Positions 29,842 to 44,862 of a stretch of 64,000 bases of DNA are shown piece after piece. Below the pieces are notes generated by a model. It was given only the letters and a program-made list of their open reading frames with translations, did no database searches and had not been told where the DNA came from. Numbering within the stretch: position 1 is the stretch's first letter; each line of letters starts with the position of its first letter. A program made the position numbers and the translations under genes. The stretch spans positions 13,254,418 through 13,318,417 of the forward strand of contig CAVNZM010000001.1 in the NCBI GenBank assembly GCA_963693365.1, given 5' to 3'. The DNA is from Amoebidium appalachense. Taxonomy: Eukaryota > Protista > Ichthyosporea.

Positions 29842-32800
29842 GGCACACGACACACACACACACACATGCACACACACACACGAGAGAAGAGAGAGAGAGA
29901 AAGAGAGAGAAAGAGAGAGAGACAGACATTCACACACACAGACAGACACATACACAAGTAGCACAAAACGAACGCAAACACGCACGCACGCGCGCACACA
30001 TACACGCACGCACACTCACACAGGTAGGCAGAACCACATGTAAACACAGGCGCCACATATGCAGGCGCATACACAGACACACGCACGCACACGCCCGCAC
30101 GGAAAACCATCACTGAGAACGGGGTTTACCACAATAACTGGTGTTACTTACCAAAGTGGCGTAAACGTAGCCCCCTCCCTCAAAACTCGTTGACTTCCTC
30201 CGATTTTCAGGACTGGAGGTCCATGTAATGTCCACTGATAGGATGTTTCAAGATCATTCGATGATTGTTGTGGGAAAAAACACGTGTTTTTAAGTATCCC
30301 AGGTAGCCTCTTTCTTTGTGTAGTTTACAGGCGGAAAAAGAACAAACAAGCACTATTGTGAGAATAACTAAGATCTTGCCTTGCAACCCCACCAGCCTAG
30401 AGAAAGCCTTGTTTGGAGTATAGCAAAGCAGCGAAAAGGCATGAGAAAGCTGTGCCAATAATTAGCTAAAATATTAGAAAATCATTGTTTTCATTGCTTT
30501 CACACCTCCGAACTTTAGTCAGCGAACCCTGCTACAGTTGCCCAGCGCAGCTCAGCTTCGACTCGGAGCTCAAGAGTGAATGTACAAAGGAGGTGTGATA
30601 TGTTCGAAACACTCTCTCTGAGATACGAGAGAATTTGATATGGATGCCAGTTTATATTGGCAATGTACTTGTCCGAGAATGGCGTTCCTCGTACGTATCT
30701 ACAGTGCTACAAGCAAGCTCCCCCGAACTTCTAGAGCCAAGCGCTACCTTGGAGTCGAGTGATATGATCGATGCTCCTCGCTTTGGGCCTTATATGAAGC
30801 ACATGTGCTACACACCTTACATTGTGTAGTTACCTAGCCTAAGGGCACAACTTATCCATTATCTCCCCCCCCCCCCCCCCCCCCCCCCCCCTCCCTCCCC
30901 TGTTCCCCTCTCCCCCCCCCCCCACCCCCTCCCCCGGCTTACGGCGGTGCACCGACCCCTCCTTACCCCTACCCCCCTCCATCCCCAACCCCTCCTCCAC
31001 CCTCCCCCCCCTCCAACCCCTACCCCGCTCCGCCCGCCCCCTTCCACCTCGCTTACCCGTCCCGTGACCACACACACACACACACACATACTCATACACA
31101 CCAAAGTTCGAACACACACACACACAGTGTCACACACACACACACACTCTCTCTCTGTCCCCTCTCTCTGTATCATGATATACCTCTCTCCCTAACCACA
31201 TCCTCTACGCGTACGTACACTCGTCCCCCCTCCGAGGCCAGTTATCAGTCCTTAGAAATTGGCCCACTGTGATTACTGGCATACCTCCTCCCCTCTGCAG
31301 TCCCACCTCTTTTTGGTTGCTCCCTCCCTCCCCCCCCCCCCCCCCCCCCTCCCTTCCCCCTCTCCCCTCGCCCCTCCCCCCTCCCCTCCCCCTTCCCCAC
31401 CACCACCACCACATCCGCCGCCGCCACCACCACCACGACCGTGACGCCACCACCACCATCACCACCACCACTATCACCACCAAAACCCCTCAAAAACAAA
31501 GTAAAACAAAAAAAACAAACAAACAAGCAAAAAATGGCCAATGAAAACAGAAGAAGGGTGGTGCTTAAAAAAGACATTTCGTTTGCCACGCGAAGTTCCC
31601 ACTATTCTACAATAAAACAAGAAAAGAGGACACTTTGCAGGAACGAGCAACTTGCCGTGGGAGGGGCACTTGCACCCCCCAGCCATTGACCACGCTCACA
31701 CCCGTTGCTTGGGCCGCACACGGGGACACTCCGCGCGGCGAGAGACAAACATCCACACCCAAAACATAAGGAAATCAGTGACTAATGAGCAAAAAGTACA
31801 CAGACCTTTGTGGTCCAGCGGTGGGGCCGTTTCTGCCTTTGCGTTTCTAGCTAGCCGGCGTGTTTGGTGGCAAAGCTCTACTACGGCAATATAACAAGTA
31901 AAAAGCCACCTATGTATTCTAGCTATACAAACTAATCATGTGCAGGCACTTGGGACACATGCACTAAATGCTTCATTTACCCCTCACAGACAGGTGGCCT
32001 GCATCGATCTACTCTATACTCGGAGGAAAAGAAGGGCTACTAGTAGGCACAGACTCTCTGTTGTGCCCACCGACAAGCGGATACCTCGACAATCACAAAA
32101 GTTTGTGGCACACTATCAAGTGCCTACTCTGGAGACTCGGTCTGCAGATCTCATGAATAACTGCTTTTAGCAAAAGCCACACAAGTCTCATACACGTTCT
32201 ATGAGTACACCAACTACTCTTTTTGCAAGTCATCGCACTAGATATTAGTAACAAGACTTCCTCTACACCAGTTGTGATTTTCTCACAGCCCATCTCTTTT
32301 TATCATACCGCATGGGGCTTTCACTCTTCTTACCCCTCAACTTCAGTTCAGCCCGTGTCGTAATTGCTACCACAATGGACGGCCTGTCGGGCATTCATTT
32401 CCTTATTGATTGCGTCTTTGTTGTGCAGGGCAAAGCATTGTGCTACCTCAGCTGCAATCACACAAACGATGGCTTAACTCCTGTTAGCACGAAGCCTCGG
32501 ATTGATGGTCAAGGTGACACTGGTAAAATGCCGCCAAGAACAACACGGATGTTTGCATGGTAAAGCTGATGACTATGGCAGGTATTTATTTACAATATCA
32601 GTGGAGATTTCCGTTCCTTTTCTTATCACAACCTGATGTACGAGCTGGCCGATGAACAGGCACACATGATCCAGTCCAAAACCAATAATTTTGCGGTGCA
32701 GCAGCGGAAAGGTCGACGTTTGCAAGCGCAAATCTAACATGAACCAGAGTGCTAGCGCTGGTAGGTAACACGCAGAGACCCTCATAATAAAAAGCTAGAG

Positions 32801-34289
32801 CAGTACCATTCGAAATAAGTAAGGCAGGCTCTCTTAGCCCTGACAGACTGGCAGATGCCGTAAGAGGAGACAGACTCCGTCTCTGGATGAAAACACACGT
32901 TCGCAATCCCAACCCGTTACAGCGGTCCCCCTGCTAGTTGCAACCGCCCCCAAACTCTGGTGCTGGCATGTGCTAAATATGCAACAAACAGAGTCTTCAC
33001 ACACAACAAGCAGCTCTTTCCATGGTCCGTTACTCGCACTGTGAGTCAATGAGTCTGTGACTCTCTCTGTTACCCTCGAGTCGACCGTCCTCATTGACTC
33101 AACAAACTCAGAGTCAACCGTCCTCGACTCCGAGCGGCCATAATCATGCGCACATGCCTCCACAAAAACATGGAAAAATGAACTGGGTGTGCGGTTAAGC
33201 CACATGATTGGTTTCCTGTGAGACAAAAATATCGTACGCCATCCGATTGGTCATCCCTGGGGGCATTGTTGATGCTGATAGATGACTACACTTTTTGCTT
33301 ATCGAATGGTAACCCCACCGGTTATAAAAAAAAAGATGTTTAATTAATTAATTAGTTATTAAGTCTGTTCAATCATCCGTAGAAAACAAATACAAGATAA
33401 AATAATTACTGAAATATATAAATTAAGCAAACAGTGCAAACGTTGAGCAGTTGGCGCTGTATTAATGATTTTTAATGCTATTCATCATCATGCAAATGTG
33501 GATCACAGGGGTCATTCACGGGGATTTTCTAAGCAAAGGGGAACAGGGTTTCAGGGGTATAAATGCTTTGGGATACAGGTGTGGTGATGGTGATTTATTG
33601 GTGAAGGGCTGTGTATAAACTGGACATGTAACCATTGCAAATGTAGCAGAGTAGTTTACATTAATTTTTTATTTTCTTTTCTAATATCAAAGTTATTATC
33701 ATGGTTCTTGGTTCTTGTTTTATCAGTTAGAGGGGTCGATTCAGCTCGAAAGCGTGCTCTTTGTCGAACCCTGGCATGCTGCGTTCACTGTTCCAGATCC
33801 GATCGCCCATCATGTGACACTGTCAACGAAGTCAGGTGTGATGTTGAACGGTCCAAAAAGTATATTTGCTTTACAAAAAAACAGATAGCTGTGTCTAGCT
33901 ACAAGGCCCAGTCAGAGCCTCAGATAAGACAGGTTTTTTGTATATGTAACGTTTAAAAGAGGCTTCCTCTCGTTTCTTACATCTTATTTGAATACACTTG
34001 CTTCAACAACGGCCCGGGAAGTGCTTTATACATACTCCATCCACGGTGGTCACTGAGTAGAATCCGTGCGAGTTTCACTTACTAACTTGGCATGCAAGGC
34101 GTTGTCTCGCTTGCTGCTTAAATATTCACCGTGCAGCGATAGTTGTCCACTGGTGTATACACCTATTATTTACCAAGAAATTGCACAACTGCAGCATAAT
34201 ACTGTTCAATAAGTGCACCAAGAGTAACTGATAGTTAAAATTACAAAGTTGGTCCGGTTATGGCTCTTACCGAGGCTGACACCGGCACC

Positions 34290-35838
<1,549 letters not shown>

Positions 35839-36547
35839 GTTGGAGCTAATATAGACGTATACTGAAAGCTGTTTGTCGCCACAAACATCACCATGTTGAA
35901 CGTTGAGAGGTTTACACACCTGTATGCCCGTGGGGTTGCATGGAACGCACCACAGCCCCACACACACACACTACACGTCGTGTGCACGCGCGCGCGCACA
36001 CACACACATGCACACCCACACCCACACCCAGACGCAAACACACACACACACACACACACATACACACACACACTAGTAGGAATCTACTGATAATGAACGT
36101 GTTTGAAGAACATGCGGCACGATTAATAACCAGAAATGGGAAGTTCAACACAACTAACCTGTACATAATGCAATATTAGCTATTCGATCGTTGCACAGGT
36201 AAATCTAGATGTACAAAACTCTTTAGCTTAGTGTATATACGTGGCTTGTTTGCTTGCTTGGTGCTAGTTTCATCATTCATTCCGATGTGTGAAAGCTAGT
36301 TAAATTGCTGTCTGTGAGAAATTTCTTTCGTAGTTTTACCAGAGACTCGTTTCCGTAGACTGTGAAGGGTTTGTTTGTTGGTAATTTGGCTCTGAGTGCC
36401 GTAAACATGAAGAAGCTTGGACCTAATTACGAGAGACAGTATGGCGCCAGTGGCGTGATCACGAACTGCATGCAAGAATAGCTGAACACGTAAATCAACT
36501 GCTTACAATTTTCGACACCCATACCAGTGAATTAGTCCAGCCCTCCC

Positions 36548-36591
<44 letters not shown>

Positions 36592-37447
36592 CCCTCCCCC
36601 TCAAAACAACCACCACCACCAACCCTCCATCCTTGCCTCCCCCACGACCTCCACGACGCCGCCAAACATACTTTCACACACACACACTCTCACGCACACA
36701 CGTACAAGAAGAAAAAGAAGAGGAAGAGTGAAACACACGCATACACAGTGATCATGGCATGAAACCAGATCAATTCGGCACACCCGAGTCACCCATGGCC
36801 CATGCACCCACCCACACACGTGCACACGCGCACACTTCCCTCCCCACCCACCCACACATGAACACACACACGCGTGTACGTGGTCACACACACGTACAGT
36901 ACGCACACATGTACACGCACGCACGCACTCACACACACACACGTGCACCGTGCCACTGCTCACCTCACAACACCTTGCAAGCCGCGCCACCACATTGAAT
37001 GATTTCTAGCCAATCAATCGGTGTAAATGTAAAGCAAGTTTAGGATGTTGCCATTTTTTACCCTACTCCATCATGAAAACATAACACACTCAATTCCCGC
37101 GTTCCCGCCAAACTGTCGACCGTTATACCCACCGCACAATTTTCACTCGAGAGCTCGTTTTTTCTCACTGACGCTAGAACACACTTACACATGAAAAGAT
37201 CCATTCGTCACATCTGGTGTATCTAAGCCATTACTGGAATACGTAAGAAAAGAAACTAGAAGCCGGTTGGCACACGCCTGCTGGGAAACGGCGAACACAC
37301 ACTTCCGTGGTCGGTGTAAGCCAATTTAAAGCCCCAACCCTTTTTTCCTTTAAAAAAGAAGCAGCCTCACCTTAATCCAATTAAAGGGAGAATTGACTCC
37401 AAGAAGACTCTGAGTGCAGTGTTCAGGCGGCAGACCAAACAGCTGAG

Positions 37448-37822
37448 ATGTCAGCCCAAGGTGCAGCCCTTCAGGGCTACAATAACGACCTTGTCAGAGG
37501 TGAGTCGTGGCATACATAATAACCCAAGTTTCTTTTGTCTTCCAAGAAGGTTAGCTGTAGAATTCACGAGTTTGCCGGTGAGGACACCGATGATGTTTTG
37601 TAGAGGTCACAAACGCATATGTGCACACGTACGCCTGTTAACATCGCATACACGTGCACGCACGCGGGCACTGACAAGTATACCTGTGCACAAAAAAGTA
37701 TGCGTGCGCGCAAACACACGCACACACAAACAAGATGCACCCTGTCACGCCTTCTCCCTCCCCCCCCCCCCCCCCCCCCCCTTCCCCTTCAACTCTCCCC
37801 CCTTCCCTCCCCTCCCCCCACC

Positions 37823-37874
<52 letters not shown>

Positions 37875-39358
37875 CCCCGCCCCCCGCCCGACACTGCCTG
37901 CACAAGACACACACACACACGTGCGCCCGCGCGAACGCACACCCGCACTTTCACCTATCCCAGCTCTCCTCCTAACCTCGCTCTCGGCCACTGCTCTGTC
38001 GGGTAAAGATGCTCTATTTTCCAAAGAGCTTTACAAGTTAACCTGTCTTACCTGCGCTTTGGCTCCTCTTCTTCACTACCCTTCCCCCCTTCCCCTCCCT
38101 CCTCCACTCCTCCGGCCTTACATAACCACCTACCTGCCCACATCCGCGACCACCCCTCCCTCCCACTCATGTGCCCTTCCCCCACCCCCCCCACACATAT
38201 TCGTTCTAAGTCATTAGTTCGGTTCCTTGGGCCATCACCCGCTCTCAAGCTTATATTTGATCGTGTTTTTTGTTCGCTCACTCTAAAACTCTTGCAAACG
38301 ATTCAGTTCCTAAGTTAGTAAGGTCTTCCTTATCCTCCCCCCCCCACCTCCCTCCCCACTGGGCATATTCTGCACCCACCACTCTGGTTACATATCTGCA
38401 CAAGCATACACTAGACTTGCTCGTTTCCTCGTTTCCTCAGTCTTTTCCTCACATTAGGGTTGCCATGCAGTCCGATGGTCAATTTGTGTTATCCCCCCCC
38501 CCCCCCCCCCCCCCCCCTCTCCCCCCTGGACACACACACACACACACCCTCCCACCGTTTTCTCATCTGCCTACTACTCCTCCCTGCACACTCATCCGGG
38601 AGTTGGTGCTTCTTATTAGCTGGTTTATCCCCTCCCCCCCCCCCCTCCCCCCTCCTTCCCCCCCCTGCATGCGGGGCCCCCAGGAGGATGGGCTCTGCTT
38701 ATGTATTATGTATTCCTTATGTGTGGCCGGTTTGCACTCTGCATTATATTTTCCGTTTCATGAATGTATATTTCTTACCCTATAACACATTCTTCCCCCT
38801 CCCCCTCCCCCCCCAAGGATGGGCTCTCTTAATATGTATTCTCTCTATGTATGGTTTGCACTCCGCATTCATGTTATCCATCATGAATGTCGCTCTATAG
38901 CGCATTCTAGCCCCTTTTCCTTCCTCCCCTCTTTCTCCGCTTTCCCCTCCTCCTTCCAGTTGCAGCAAATCAATGCATGTCTTTATTTATGTTTTATCTT
39001 GCAAGGCAGTCTGATAACGTGGTTTACTGACATACTGACTGTGATGGGTGGTTGCCTGTATAGCTACATTAGGGGCCTAATTCCATGCGTCATTTTTTGC
39101 AAATAGCCATTTTATCTCGCTCTTTTTATTATATGGAGCATTTTGCTCAGTTTGCACCCTGCCTTGTTCTGAACTCTTTTCAGATCGGTTTTATTTTTTA
39201 ATTTCTGTAACTGTGTTGTTTATTAGCCTTTTTCGATTCAAACCCCTGCTGAAAATTACGGGAATGTCAAATCATCAATCAGCTGAAGCCAGTAAGTGAA
39301 CCATGTCAAGTTTGTTAATTACGGGAATTTCAGGAATCGAACATCTTCTAGAGTCAAT

Positions 39359-39395
<37 letters not shown>

Positions 39396-40911
39396 CTGTT
39401 TTATTAACGACGTGTCGGTGAGCTGTGTTGAGTTGTCAAATAAACGGATCATTTGCCGGCTTGCTGATTACCGGAAATTTGAGGGATCGAGCAGCTAATA
39501 TAAGATTCAATAGCGAATCATTTACCGTTTTGCTAAATATGGGGAAATGCAGGGATCGAGCAGCTTCGGGCCAAGCGGCACAAGGTGCAGGAGGAGATAG
39601 ACAGACACGAGCAGGAGAAGAATGTGCTGGAAAAGGAGCTGGCTTCCCTGACCGGTATGGGGTTAAATGTGCATGGGGGTGGTACGGTTGAGGGTGGGAT
39701 GGGGCTGGGCGCGGAGTGTTAACGACGAAATGTTAGTTGGCATGGCTCAGAATATCTTGTTATGGAGATTAGTGGGGCATCACGCCAAATATAGGCAAAG
39801 CTTTTTATTGAATTTGGCGTTATATTGACCTTAAGATCAATGTCACGCCATATACGATAACTTAAAGGTTCAAAACGAGTGCGGATGTTGCATGGCGGTG
39901 ATGGGGGGTGGGGGGTGGGGGGGGGTAGGGGGGGAGGAATAGCTTTAAGGTAACGGTAGGGGTGTGTTGTGTCTAGGGGGCCGTAGTAGAAAATGGGTGT
40001 AAGTGCTGTATGCCCAGTGGGTTGGCGTCGTGTGCATGCAGGGACTGAACGTATTTGGTGTGTGTGTGTGTGTATTGTAAGTATTAGTGCTGTGTGCATG
40101 GAGCCGCTTTTAAGTAATCGTACGGACACGACTGTCGACTGCCGATTAGGAAAAAGCATCAGGCAAGGAGCTTACTATCTGTATGTGATTGCCAACTGTT
40201 TAGTATTGGAAGCAGCAATGGAACACACGGTAACATTGGCAATTTGTGCATGTTGCGTCCCCCCTGTATTTCCCACTCTTCTTGCTGCGACTGTGTGTGT
40301 GTGTGTGTGTGTGTGTTTGTTGGGTGTGGGAGGTGGGATGTGTGTGTGGGGGGGGGGTGGGGGCTTTGACGATTTTGGGCCCCAGCGAGACTTGCGGAGG
40401 TCGATGGGAAGCTGGCGGAAAAGAGGGCACGTTTACAGCAGTATGATGGAACCATAGCTGAGGCAGAGCATGCATACATAAAGGTGGGCACATATGTGTA
40501 CACACACACTCGTACATATACACATGCACCCATACTTGGACACGTACTTGCACACACATGCACACAGGCACAGGCACACGCACTGGCACAGGTACACACA
40601 CTCACACACAGCCATGCACAGACTTGTACACTCAAATGCGCTGACGCGTACACACATGTAGTACTACGCCCTTTATGCAGAGCACACAGAGAAGCACTAT
40701 CATTTTATTAGATCCGTGCATAATACTCTGTGGTAACCACACATGCTCTTGCAGAAAGGTGGGCGTTGAAGCTGACAGCGGCCACGGGGCCCAGGGGAGA
40801 AGAGGGTGTGTGTGTGTGTGTATGGGGGGTGGGGGGGGGGGGGGGGGGGGTTGGTACTTGGATATGCTACCCAGCACACCAACTTACGTTGAATCCCAGT
40901 AACTTTATGTT

Positions 40912-40946
<35 letters not shown>

Positions 40947-41040
40947 GCCTTTCCAGATTCTGGAGAGCTCTCAGGCGCTGTTGGAGCTATTGAAAAGGAG
41001 CTCGGCACGATTGCAGGATCCACGACCAGATGGGGCCTGA
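37448..41040 (+). CDS. SSNA1: SSNA1/NA14/DIP13 coiled-coil microtubule/centriole-associated protein (111 aa)
   Basis: Exons 37448-37499, 39553-39654, 40386-40483, 40957-41040 give MSAQGAALQGYNNDLVRGIEQLRAKR...YDGTIAEAEHAYIKILESSQALLELLKR. This matches the SSNA1 signature QGAALQNYNNELV...AYLKILESSQTLL. The gene is not recoverable from the ORF track. Confidence 0.93.
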
Positions 41041-41255
41041 AACAGACAAGGAAGGGAAGAATGTGCCACCTGTTGTAGGTGTGGAGCCTTGTGTGCGGTA
41101 ATACGATTAGGATTGGGGGCTGAGGATGAGAGCATGGGTTCCTCGGGCATCGGTGTGTCGGGTGTTAGGCTATAGGTCTGTGCATGTGTGCGTGTCAACT
41201 GTTCTGAAATGTGCAGATGGAAATAGTCTGGCAGCTTGGTAGACATGCTTATATA

Positions 41256-41305
<50 letters not shown>

Positions 41306-41433
41306 AAAAAAAAAAAAAAAACGTCCACCCAACCACCCATGCCCCTTGTATCTACACGCACAGGTGCTGTTGCCTGGGAGTATGAGATACACGTGCGCGC
41401 TCTTACGCACACACGTAACACAAACACAGATAC

Positions 41434-41508
<75 letters not shown>

Positions 41509-41524
41509 ACACACACACAAGCAC

Positions 41525-41574
<50 letters not shown>

Positions 41575-43063
41575 TCACAGACACACCTGTACACATACCT
41601 ACATACATACACCACCAGTGTCAGTTTCATGCCCTCCTTGCATAATCGAATGCTCACATGCATAACACCCCATGGCTTTAGTGTGACTATCCATATAGTA
41701 ATTTTGTTTAGATGCCTTAGTAGCAAAGCATAGAAAGCATGTATCTCTTGTCATGTATGTAAAGCCACCGGGATATACTAGCACGTAAATAACCTATGAA
41801 ACCAATGGCATGCCGAATGTTCATGTTTCCTGGCGAGTTCAGCAATTGAGACTAAATTAATAGTATAGGTGTTACACCGAATAACAGTTGTGGCCAGAGT
41901 AGACGTCGTTTACACGACTCTTCCCTCCCTCCCCCCCCCCCCCCCCCCCCCCTCCCACGCCGGCCAATAATAATAATAGTAACACAACCACAGGCACACG
42001 CGCGCGCCACATGCACACACACACACACACAGCACACATTGCACAAACACCCCCCCCCCCCCCCCCCCCCATCCCCCTCCCTCTAGAGCCTCTCCCAGGC
42101 TCTCTGTCTCGCTCGCTCGCTCTCTCTCTCATGAACACACAGTCAGCTAGACATGCACTAGCTGGCAACATTGCATACACTTTCCAGCCCATCACGCAGA
42201 TCTCGAGCCCTCCCACGGCCGGTATCATATGACTAAAGCCCAATACATATGGGCCATGTGCGCATTCCCCTCCTCCCCTCCCCTCCCCCGTCTTTCTTTC
42301 CCCCTGGGCCACCCAACCCAACCCAGCCTCCCCAACCATTCATAGCCATGCCATTCCTCCTGCCTGTATATATAGCAAAGATTAAATAGTGGGCTTGCCA
42401 TATATTGCATCAGCCGTTGAACATGGATGTACATATGCATTGCAGCAATGCATGCAAAAGCCAGGCTAAACCGTGTGACAAACCGGCACATCGTCTTCAC
42501 AAGGTCTTCTCCCCCCCCCCCTCCCCCCCCCCCCCCCCCCCCTCCCCCCCCCCTCCGGGGTCCCCCAACCGACACCACCACCACCACCACATGCACACGG
42601 GGTCCTGGGAGGCGGGTTCCATGAAAGAACACCAACGTCAAGTGCACCGATCCTGAGATCTTGGTGCAGATCTCCAGGTAATGCATGGTGAAGCTGGGTA
42701 CATGAAGGGGATTCAAATACGGACGTACTCACGGGATTGAGCATGGGCACGCGTGGCTATGCGCATGTTTATGGGTCGCGGTATTCCTTATGTTTCTATT
42801 GTGTGGTTGCAATTGAGCTCATGAGGGCCTTAGCACGATCCCATTTTTCGAGACGAGAAAATCATGCCGATGTATGCGTGTGCACGTACGTGTGTACGTG
42901 CAACAGCTGCAGTGCAAAAGGCTTGCACTTCAAACCCCACCTCCCGCTTTTGACGACAGGGTAAAAATTGAGAAGCGCCACAAAATTGATTCACCATCCC
43001 GGATCCGGACTACAGTGGGGTTACATGTACATCTGTAGTATTCATTTCCGAGTGAGCTCTGGC

Positions 43064-43665
43064 CCCTTGCAAAAAAATCCCGTTTTTTGCCCTGAATATC
43101 ATCCGGGATATATCACGAAAATATCGAATGTTGCCCTGAATATCTTTTTTTTTTTCTTCTTTTGACTGGATTTATTCGACGGAAAGATATGCAAGTATGC
43201 ACGGCATACTGAGAAGACAATAAAAACCTCACGAGTACTATATCCAGTAACAAGTGCATACTGAGATACCTGAACACTGTGTGAAAATCATGTAAATACT
43301 CAATGTGACGACCAACAGAGTTCAACAAAAAGTCTAAAGTGGTCACATTGCCAGCCAGTGTAGCAGACACCCGTAGGGAAAGAGGTAAAACGCGACATAA
43401 AAACTCACACCTATCAACATGCTTGCGCATCCGATCCCCAATGCGCTACATCCCGGGATTCGAACCAGGAGGGCCTGCGTCGGAGGCGAGGAAGGCTTAC
43501 CCACGGCCATCTAGAGACTCAGATGGCCGTGGGCTTACCCGCTCGGCCACAGCGGCTCCTGAATATCATTTGAGATATCTTGCCTAGCCTCTGAATATCA
43601 CGAGATATATCATATATCGAATCGGCCCCTGAATATCAAAAGATATGCGGGATTTTTTTGCAGGG
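43064..43665. mobile_element. Non-autonomous TIR DNA transposon (MITE), possibly CMC/EnSpm-like
   Basis: TIRs cccttgcaaaaaaatcccg ... cgggatttttttgcaggg, a 2-bp GC duplication on both sides, and repeated subterminal motif ctgaatatc (5 copies). The superfamily call is inference. Confidence 0.75.
43445..43556 (-). pseudogene. tRNA-derived sequence (possible Arg-CCG-like) interrupted by a hairpin, inside the MITE
   Basis: Minus strand GCCGCTGTGGCCGAGCGGGTAAG (A box/D arm) ... CTCCGAC loop ... GGTTCGAATCCC (B box/T arm). Stems are imperfect. Confidence 0.55.
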
Positions 43666-43699
43666 GCCTACCTTGGACTGATCACAGGAATGCGATTCG

Positions 43700-44145
43700 A
43701 AAATTCGAAAAACCAAATCGCTGAGCCAGATTCTATATATGGCTAGGTTTCTAATATTTCGATTGGTTTTTAAATCTTCTCTCTCGTGATTGGCTTCTTC
43801 AACGTCGAAAGCAACCAACCAAAATAACGCACCGCACAAATACGTTTGATTGGTTAGTATATCATCAGTTGCAGAAACGGTGTTATGGTTCTTCTTTTGT
43901 GGTTTGTCAAAGCCATTTGATTCGTTTTTTAGATTGTATAAAATATTAAGAACAATTTAAAACTGGATATGCTAGCCCAGAATCACGCTGCTCACTAATC
44001 ATTTTGTTGCACGGAATCGTTTCCAAATTCCAACCTTGCCACGGTTTCGCTGTTTCACCTTCGCCTCAAGTCACAAAAGCCTCCCCTTCTTCCCTCTTTC
44101 CCCCCAGTCCCCCCTTGTCCACTTGGTGTTGACCTGGTCGCTAAA
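43700..44145 (+). promoter_or_regulatory. Putative promoter of the adenylate kinase gene
   Basis: AT-rich, microsatellite-free stretch with three inverted CCAAT boxes (GATTGG at ~43761, 43788, 43848) upstream of ATG 44146. Confidence 0.35.
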
Positions 44146-44831
44146 ATGCTGCGCCAGTCTGCCTCCGTAGCTGTTAGGCGGCTTGCTGCCGCGGCTCGTC
44201 CGGCCGTCCGCACATACACCAAGGTCGCGGCCAGTACCCCCGTCGCCAAGCTGGCCGGGGGGATCCTCCCCGCTCAGTTCCGCCGTGCCTATTCTGCCGC
44301 TGCGGATGCGGCCGCGGCCTCTTCTAAAAGCGACGAGAATGACAACCACAACGCCATGTTCCAGGGCGATGCGCTCAAGCAAAGTGCCGTCGAGGCGCGT
44401 TTGCTGTTTGAGGAGATCATGGCGGACGTCAACAAGAAGGTGAGTGTGTGGACAGCACATGCACGTGTCTCATCTGTACTACACCAAGAACACACGAGGA
44501 CAAGCCGAACAACAGGCAAGGGGTAATGGTGGTTTGGAGGTATGGAAGGGGCACGGGTTGGGGAAGTAGAGGGTTGGGAGAGGGGGGGAAGGGGGTTAAA
44601 GGACGTGCTGCACGGCCTTCCGTGCCTATCTGTGTGCAGGTGGGCACATCGTATTGCACAAACCTGAAGGTAGACCCGCAGATCTCTCCCAACCTTTGCC
44701 CATCACATCCTCCGCTTCAGCCCATTTGTACTGCTTGCATAGCCCAATGCACCCCTTTGGTAAACGTGGCATAATATCCCTACACATCTCTCCATCTTGG
44801 ATAGTCACTCCGGTTAGTGGCAACCCCCCCC

Positions 44832-44862
<31 letters not shown>

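Noticed and set aside
43445-43556. Functional tRNA gene with an intron
   Set aside because: Acceptor and anticodon stems are mismatched, the insertion is not at the canonical 37/38 position, and it lies inside a TIR element.
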